20,000 nucleotides of DNA from an uncultured virus (IMG/VR IMGVR_UViG_3300033388_007403) (lineage: Duplodnaviria > Heunggongvirae > Uroviricota > Caudoviricetes). Every line of letters begins with the position of its first letter. Positions within the stretch are counted from its first letter, which is position 1. Where the stretch lies: IMG/VR virus record IMGVR_UViG_3300033388_007403; one strand, given 5' to 3'. The translations under genes and the position numbers were made by a program. This document shows positions 6,431 through 11,503 of this stretch, in pieces. Under the pieces are notes generated by a model. It was not told the DNA's origin, did no database searches, and worked only from the letters and a program-made list of their open reading frames with translations.

Positions 6431-7081
6431 TTAAAACAACCATTTATCAGAATTATCTTTTACAAACTCTTTAATCGAACCAAAAATTTGTTGAGCAATT
6501 CTTGTATTATTTATAGATACTGTGCATATACCATAAGGATGTTTTACTTTTGTATTATCATAATATTTACTTTTAAGTGTGCATTTTCTCAAACAACTGA
6601 CAGGTAGTTTTAATTGATTGCACCAATATGACTGAATATCTTCTAATGTTAGATTATTATTAAGATAGTATTGAAAAGTAATGCTAAAATCATTATCTTG
6701 AACATTAAAATATTTACGAAGAAATTTAACAAAATAAGAAATCATTTTAATATCACTATTTGTTAATCTTACATAATTTTTACATTTAGTTCCTTCTCCC
6801 CAGAATAAAGCACATCCAAATGCATATCCTTTATCTTCATTATGAATTTTTTCTCTTCCTTGAGCTTGATACTCTCTTCTTTTGTTCCTAAAATTTTCAG
6901 AATATTTTATATAAGATTTATCTCTCAGTTGTAGTTTCTCTCTTTGCTCATTTGTTAGATCAATATCTCTAACCCACAAACTTACTGAACTCTTAGAAAC
7001 TTTAACACTTTTTGCTATATCATTTAAAGATAATCCTTGTTGCCTTAATTTTCTACATTCTTCTTTTTCTTTTAATTTCAT
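6431..7081 (-). CDS. HTH plus LAGLIDADG-like putative homing endonuclease
   Basis: N-terminal LRQQGLSLNDIAKSVKVSKSSVSLW HTH; GCALFWGEGTK...LTNSDIKMISYFVKFL LAGLIDADG-like segment. Confidence 0.75.
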   Translation of the reverse strand: MKLKEKEECRKLRQQGLSLNDIAKSVKVSKSSVSLWVRDIDLTNEQREKLQLRDKSYIKYSENFRNKRREYQAQGREKIHNEDKGYAFGCALFWGEGTKCKNYVRLTNSDIKMISYFVKFLRKYFNVQDNDFSITFQYYLNNNLTLEDIQSYWCNQLKLPVSCLRKCTLKSKYYDNTKVKHPYGICTVSINNTRIAQQIFGSIKEFVKDNSDKWLF

Positions 7082-7118
7082 TATAAAACCCTTTATTAAT
7101 AGAACTCATATATATAAG

Positions 7119-7145
7119 TTCGACAATAAGGGTTAAATTCCTTTA
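7119..7145 (-). promoter_or_regulatory. TAAAGG-N16-TCGAA promoter-like motif
   Basis: Recurrent motif upstream of ORF 6431-7081. Confidence 0.6.
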
Positions 7146-7210
7146 ATTATTTTTAAAAATATGAAATCTGTGTGTTAACCGAACTATACCATATCGCTTT
7201 AAAGACCAAC

Positions 7211-7423
7211 AAGTGGATACATTATTAACATTGGACGCTCTGAAGAGCTAAAGTAATCGGTTAGAAGATTTTAAAGTCTCTTTTTTCTACTTTGTACCGG
7301 GGGACTCCACTGATCTCTTCTTTCTTAAGTTCCGTTGTTGGTCTAACTTCCTTTAAGAATTTCCTCAGCTTGTTTTTCCCAGTTTCCAATCAGGATAGAT
7401 AACCAATATTACTCAACCCACTT
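7211..7423 (-). ncRNA. Y RNA-like RNA, copy 4, ~150-nt non-tRNA module
   Basis: AAGTGGGTTGA-N9-GTTATCT...GTATCCACTT; AATATTGG/CCAATGTT covarying stem. Confidence 0.7.
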
Positions 7424-7425
7424 AA

Positions 7426-7497
7426 TAGCCTGAAGCGGTTACGATCCGCCTTCTTCTCATTGAAAGTGAGATATCCTATCCAGTAGACGACCAGGCC
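7426..7497 (-). tRNA. tRNA-Glu(TTC)
   Basis: TCGTCTA D arm; TCTCA-CTTTCAA-TGAGA; T loop variant ATCGTAA. Confidence 0.85.
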
Positions 7498-7551
7498 ATA
7501 ATGTTCTTTTTTGATGAAGCAAGAGAAACTGAATAAGAACCTGCTCTCAAA

Positions 7552-7623
7552 TACCCTGCTGAAGAATCGGACCCCAATCGTAACCTTGAGAGAGTTACAT
7601 CCTACCGATTAGAAGAGCAGGGC
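7552..7623 (-). tRNA. tRNA-Glu(CTC)
   Basis: GCCCTGC/GCAGGGT-A; TAACT-CTCTCAA-GGTTA. Confidence 0.82.
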
Positions 7624-7632
7624 TTATTATTT

Positions 7633-7661
7633 ACTATACCATATTTTTACTCACTTGTCAA
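7633..7661 (-). promoter_or_regulatory. sigma70-type promoter inside the array
   Basis: TTGACA-17 nt-TATAGT with extended TG. Confidence 0.75.
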
Positions 7662-7677
7662 GTAAAAAATAATTTAA

Positions 7678-7761
7678 CAGATGGTAAAGGAATCGAACCT
7701 TCAACCCTATCAAGGCTGGCATGGTTTTCAAGACCAATTATCCCCATGGATGCTACCATCT
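7678..7761 (-). tRNA. tRNA-Ser(TGA), shortened D arm
   Basis: AGATGGT/ACCATCT-G; loop CTTGAAA; long variable arm. Confidence 0.82.
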
Positions 7762-7794
7762 ATTTTAACGGAAACAAAGTTTTTTACAAAAAAA

Positions 7795-7821
7795 TAAAGA
7801 ATATTCTCTCCGTTTATCGAA
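7795..7821 (+). promoter_or_regulatory. TAAAGA-N16-TCGAA promoter-like motif
   Basis: Same motif, oriented with the plus-strand pseudogene. Confidence 0.6.
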
Positions 7822-7852
7822 TATATAATATAGAATACATAAGAAGAAATAT

Positions 7853-8198
7853 ATGAAAAGATCTTATACTAAAACAAATTGTGAACAATGTGGTAAAGAA
7901 TATAAAAAAAGAAACATTTGACTTTAAAAGAACAAAGCATAATTTTTGTTCTAAAAAATGTAGTGGTAAATATAATACTATTACAAATACTATTAAAACT
8001 TTATATGGAATAGTTCATTTTAAACCTATTTATGATCAAACAAAATTAAATAAAATTCAAAATAAAGATACTGAAAAATTGAAAATAGCAGCTAATAAAA
8101 ATATCAATTTAATAGTCATTCCTGACTTAGTATCTAGTGATAAAATACTTAAACAAGCTTTTGATGATGTAAAAGATATAATAAATAAATTACTTTAG
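7853..8198 (+). pseudogene. frameshifted, truncated Zn-finger endonuclease-like gene
   Basis: MKRSYTKTNCEQCGKEYKK in one frame continues as ...HNFCSKKCSGKYN...YGIVHFKPIY...NINLIVIP in another; the shift falls at an A run near 7904-7910. Confidence 0.65.
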
Positions 8199-8288
8199 CG
8201 GTGAGTATAGGATTTGAACCTATGCTACCCTTTTGAGGTAGACCACTGATTAGCAATCAGGTGCAATACCAAGCTCTGCCAACTCACC
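8199..8288 (-). tRNA. tRNA-Ser(GCT)
   Basis: GGTGAGT/ACTCACC-G; CTGA-TTGCTAA-TCAG; long variable arm. Confidence 0.92.
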
Positions 8289-8291
8289 AAA

Positions 8292-8438
8292 AAGAGTATG
8301 ATCAATAATTCCCTCAAATTATTTTCAAGTAAACGATATCCAGAAAGGGACTGGACTCTCGTCACGACGGTATCTATGTGCTAGCCGAGATCCGTTGATC
8401 GTAACACTCAATCGGTGCTACCTTCTTTACACTCTTCT
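8292..8438 (-). ncRNA. candidate multi-stem ncRNA
   Basis: GATCAA/TTGATC closes three hairpins (ACGG..ATCT/AGAT..CCGT; ACGA..TCCAG/CTGGA..TCGT; AATAATT/AATTATT). Confidence 0.5.
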
Positions 8439-8641
8439 TTCTTTCATTCAGTGCTAAAGGTTTTCATTAACTGGTATATTAATAAAAATTAACTCTAACT
8501 CTGAATGAAATATTTATAAGGATCTAAATTCACTCAAAAAATTGTAGGATTAGCTTGAGGTAAGAATTCGCTACCTGCACATCAAAACAAATCTTCAAAA
8601 AATTAATTTAAAATATTTAGGTTAACAATTTAGATCCTTAA

Positions 8642-8712
8642 CCCTGTATAGCAGTATCGATCTGCTGCTTCAACATAGACAATGTTGTGTGCTTCCATTA
8701 CACCAATACAGG
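8642..8712 (-). tRNA. tRNA-Asp(GTC)
   Basis: CCTGTAT/ATACAGG-G; CAACA-TTGTCTA-TGTTG; AGCAG-ATCGATA-CTGCT. Confidence 0.82.
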
Positions 8713-8718
8713 TAAAAT

Positions 8719-8789
8719 ACGGATACAGTGTTAAAAAGAGGTAAAATTAAAATTTAAAGGTTTTAGATAACTCTTTTCAGTCAACCCGT
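8719..8789 (-). ncRNA. Y RNA-like RNA, copy 5 (minimal)
   Basis: ACGGGTTGA-N9-GTTATCT...AACACTGTATCCGT; AAAAGAG/CTCTTTT stem. Confidence 0.7.
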
Positions 8790-8797
8790 TTTTTATA

Positions 8798-9541
8798 CTA
8801 TTTTAACCATTTTCTTATTGTGTTATCAGATACCCCATATTTCCTACCAACAGCACAATAATTAGTTTCTTTAATTTCTTTCAAAAGTCCTTCTTTTGAA
8901 GGTCTTTCAACTTTTCTTCTAACTATATGCCAACATTTTTGAGAACAATATTTTGTTTCCCTATTTTTTCCAACTTTTTTTGCTTCAAATTCTTTTTTAC
9001 ACATAGGACAAATTTTTATTTTTCTCTTTTTCTTAGGTCGTCCTTTAGATTTTTTAAACCATATATCTTTTAATTTTTTTATCCATTCTTCATCTAAATA
9101 GGCGATCTCAGACTCGAACTGAGGACCTTCTGAATGTAAACCAGAAATGCTTCCAACTGCACCAATCGCCTGTTTTTTAACTAATTCTTTTCTCCAATAG
9201 ATATCACTCTCCCATATATCTATTACTTTCCATCCATTTTTTTCCAAAAATATTCTTTTATTAATGTCTCTTGTTATATTGAATTGTTGAGATTTTGTTA
9301 AATTATCTTTCTGATATAGTTTCGGATTAGCATGCCAATAATCTCCCATAACTCTAAATACAATCTTTTTTTCAGGGAATACATAATCACAAATATATCT
9401 TTGGATAGGATATTGGAAATAAATTATTGCGTTTTCATCATCACATATTGAAAAAATAGTTTTAATGTCTTCTGGGAATTTTACTCCGTAGCCAAGAGAA
9501 GTTAAAATATCTCTAAATTCTCTTTCTGGTTTGGTCCACAT
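8798..9541 (-). CDS. Vsr/DUF559-like endonuclease with Zn finger and HTH, containing an in-frame tRNA
   Basis: TKPE...QYPIQRYICDY...GDYWH...GWKVIDIWESD; CPMC...YCSQKC; AVGRKYGVSDNTIRKW. Confidence 0.8.
   Translation of the reverse strand: MWTKPEREFRDILTSLGYGVKFPEDIKTIFSICDDENAIIYFQYPIQRYICDYVFPEKKIVFRVMGDYWHANPKLYQKDNLTKSQQFNITRDINKRIFLEKNGWKVIDIWESDIYWRKELVKKQAIGAVGSISGLHSEGPQFESEIAYLDEEWIKKLKDIWFKKSKGRPKKKRKIKICPMCKKEFEAKKVGKNRETKYCSQKCWHIVRRKVERPSKEGLLKEIKETNYCAVGRKYGVSDNTIRKWLK
9099..9171 (-). tRNA. tRNA-Val(TAC) embedded in a CDS
   Basis: AGGCGAT/ATCGCCT-A; TCTGG-TTTACAT-TCAGA; CTCAG-TTCGAGT-CTGAG. Confidence 0.88.
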
Positions 9542-9591
9542 TTTAGAACTATTCTTTATATTTTTTGAAAAGTAAGTGCAAATTAAAAAAT

Positions 9592-9725
9592 TGTGGATAC
9601 GGTGTTAGAAAACATAATTTTTTACTGTGCTAACCATTACACTAATCCCTGATTATTCGGGGATGGAGGAATCGAACCCCCACTAAATCTCCAATAGATA
9701 GATAACGTTTTCAAATCAACCCACT
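9592..9725 (-). ncRNA. Y RNA (YrlA)-like RNA, copy 6, full permuted tRNA module
   Basis: GTGGGTTGA-N9-GTTATCT...AACACCGTATCCAC; T arm GGGGGTTCGATTCCTCC, then ATCCCCGA-ATAA-TCAGGGAT, then D arm GTGTAATGGTTAGCAC. Confidence 0.8.
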
Positions 9726-9728
9726 TAA

Positions 9729-9854
9729 TGGATGTAGTTGGGTTCGAACCAACGACCTCTCCGTTATATTGTATAAATTATTTTTTCAACAAAAATAATT
9801 TAAATGTTATAGAATAATTGCAGCGGAGTGCTCAACCAACTGAGCTTCACATCC
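9729..9854 (-). tRNA. intron-containing tRNA-Ile (probably GAT), intron ~9768-9820
   Basis: GGATGTG/TACATCC-A; CTCCG-CTG[53 nt]ATAA-CGGAG. Confidence 0.82.
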
Positions 9855-9967
9855 AGAAACACAAGGGGCTTTATCTAGTGCTGGGTGAGCACATAGATCC
9901 CTCCCCTTGTGTGTAATTATAAAAGATTTTTGTGTGGCTTCTGCCACCCCTATTAACTTATAAAAGA

Positions 9968-10042
9968 AGAGCAATGAACAGGTTATACTCCTGTCTCTGT
10001 AGCGATAAAGCCACTATCCTAATTTACTAGACGATCATTCTC
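9968..10042 (-). pseudogene. degenerate tRNA-like gene
   Basis: Glu/Asp-like D arm TCGTCTAGT...AGGAT; GTGGC-TTTATC-GCTAC with a 6-nt loop; ACAGG/CCTGT T stem; bulged acceptor. Confidence 0.55.
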
Positions 10043-10044
10043 AA

Positions 10045-10115
10045 CTCCGGAACCAGGATTCGAACCTGGAATAGCTGATTAACAGTCAGTCGTGATACCA
10101 TTTCACCATTCCGGA
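10045..10115 (-). tRNA. tRNA-Asn(GTT)
   Basis: TCCGGAA/TTCCGGA-G; ACTGA-CTGTTAA-TCAGC. Confidence 0.92.
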
Positions 10116-10116
10116 A

Positions 10117-10240
10117 TTATATTAACCATTTTCTTATAGAGTTATCACTTACACTATATTTTTTACCTGTTCCTACATATCCTAATTCTTTTACTTCTTT
10201 TTTTAATGTTTCCATTAGAGGTCTAACTACTTTTCTTCTT
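10117..10240 (-). pseudogene. C-terminal HTH remnant of an endonuclease
   Basis: RRKVVRPLMETLKKEVKELGYVGTGKKYSVSDNSIRKWLI, similar to the C-termini of ORFs 1557-2246 and 8798-9541. Confidence 0.75.
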
Positions 10241-10254
10241 GAATACTGATTACA

Positions 10255-10281
10255 TTCGATACAAAAAGGAAGATATCTTTA
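10255..10281 (-). promoter_or_regulatory. TAAAGA-N16-TCGAA promoter-like motif
   Basis: Recurrent motif upstream of the endonuclease remnant. Confidence 0.5.
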
Positions 10282-10306
10282 AGTATTATGGTTCGAATGT
10301 TCAAAA

Positions 10307-10379
10307 CAAGGGAAGCAGGACTCGAACCTGCAACCTTCTGGCTCAAAACCAGATGTTCCACCAGTTGAACTATTCCCCT
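10307..10379 (-). tRNA. tRNA-Gln(TTG)
   Basis: AGGGGAA/TTCCCTT-G; TCTGG-TTTTGAG-CCAGA. Confidence 0.88.
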
Positions 10380-10449
10380 ATTAAAAAGGATAACTCTATT
10401 AAATTTTTAAAGATCAGGGTCTTGGATATTACCTCTACACCACAAGACT

Positions 10450-10478
10450 ATTATAACATATAACTATTCACTTATCAA
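10450..10478 (-). promoter_or_regulatory. sigma70-type promoter at the head of the tRNA array
   Basis: TTGATA-17 nt-TATAAT with extended TG. Confidence 0.75.
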
Positions 10479-10639
10479 ATACTTTTTTCACTCTGGCGGA
10501 ATTAATCTGCCTCATTTACTCAGTGCTACGATACTCACAACTCTCACACTCTTTACTTAGATGACACCAGGGAGTACAAAAACCATACTTCTCTGCCATC
10601 TCATAAAACTCACCATGAGCTTCATCTATCTCTGTGTGC

Positions 10640-10798
10640 TCAATCATCATCTTCAATAACTCTACTGTCATCTCTACTCTCTTCATTTAATTCTTTAAAT
10701 AACTCTTTTACAGTGCTAACTCTTTTAAGATCTATTCCCTTTTCAGATTCTTCTAATGCTTTTATTGTTTCTTTATTAGGTATTTTTCTTTTTCTCAT
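10640..10798 (-). CDS. small protein resembling the C-terminal part of RelB/DinJ antitoxins
   Basis: IPNKETIKALEESEKGIDLKRVSTVKELFKEL pattern. Confidence 0.5.
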   Translation of the reverse strand: MRKRKIPNKETIKALEESEKGIDLKRVSTVKELFKELNEESRDDSRVIEDDD

Positions 10799-10811
10799 TT
10801 TTATTTCCATT

Positions 10812-10839
10812 AAAAAAGGCAACCCTTTGGGTCGCCTTT
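10812..10839 (-). terminator. Rho-independent terminator
   Basis: AAAGGCGACCC-AAA-GGGTTGCCTTT followed by a T run. Confidence 0.8.
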
Positions 10840-11039
10840 GAACGAGGAAATATTATACTCGGTTGAAGGGAGCACCGACCAACTAATACATTCAAATTGA
10901 TCGGGACGTAATGTCTCTTCAACCGAATGTATCGGTCTATGTAAACCTTGTTTTGTAGTTAGTCTGACAGTCATCTCTTGCGACCCTATTCCTTAAAAAT
11001 ATATTATTTTATTCTCATAACTATACTATTATTATATAC

Positions 11040-11066
11040 TTCGATAAAATCCTTTATTTTTCTTTA
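11040..11066 (-). promoter_or_regulatory. TAAAGA-N16-TCGAA promoter-like motif
   Basis: Recurrent motif followed by GTATATAAT. Confidence 0.55.
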
Positions 11067-11375
11067 ATTTTTATTTTGAGAAGGAAGAAAAACCCATTGC
11101 AGATTTCTCTTCTCTTCCCATTTCCACATCATTATCCATCCACCTCCACTGGATAACAGTGCTACATCACAAGACTTAATCTTAAAGAATAATACTTACA
11201 CGCTCTAACAGATCTCTAGCCAATTTCAACCCTAGAACAACCACTTTGCTACTAACTCATCTCTGTTTCTAGAAGAGGTGTTCCAACCCCGTATCAAGAG
11301 CCTATCGTTTTTACATCCCATGAGTAAACTAGATTGACACATTTGCTTACTCACCTCAGTACTACTCTATTCACT

Positions 11376-11404
11376 ACTATAACATAATTCTACTCATTTG
11401 TCAA
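11376..11404 (-). promoter_or_regulatory. sigma70-type promoter
   Basis: TTGACA-17 nt-TATAGT with extended TG. Confidence 0.75.
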
Positions 11405-11503
11405 GGATAAAATTATTATTTTTTAAACTCTTTAAAACCCCAGAATTTCCTAAAATATCTTGTTGTCCTCATCTCATTATACCTTTAATAATTAAATTTT
11501 ATT

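Larger units (their letters stand above)
6349..7159 (-). mobile_element. 811-nt insertion (endonuclease plus tRNA cassette) in tRNA(CAT)
   Basis: TCATA direct repeat at both junctions; TTTTTAA/TTAAAAA inverted termini; contains a promoter-like motif, an ORF and a tRNA. Confidence 0.75.
6309..7198 (-). tRNA. split tRNA(CAT): 5' half 7160-7198, 3' half 6309-6348, interrupted in the anticodon loop
   Basis: AGCGATA...ACAGATTTCATA and TCATACGTCTG...TTCGGTTCGATTCCGAATATCGCT-A join into one cloverleaf. Confidence 0.85.

Noticed and set aside
6349..7159. Group I intron
   Set aside because: The insert is almost fully occupied by the ORF, promoter-like motif and tRNA. No room or motifs for a catalytic core are seen, and it lacks the terminal G.
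5155..9725. CRISPR-like interpretation of the repeated elements
   Set aside because: The copies are dispersed, divergent, base-paired and of variable length, with no regular repeat-spacer period and no cas genes.
9968..10042. Possible ochre suppressor (TTA in the loop)
   Set aside because: The loop is 6 nt, so the anticodon register cannot be assigned.
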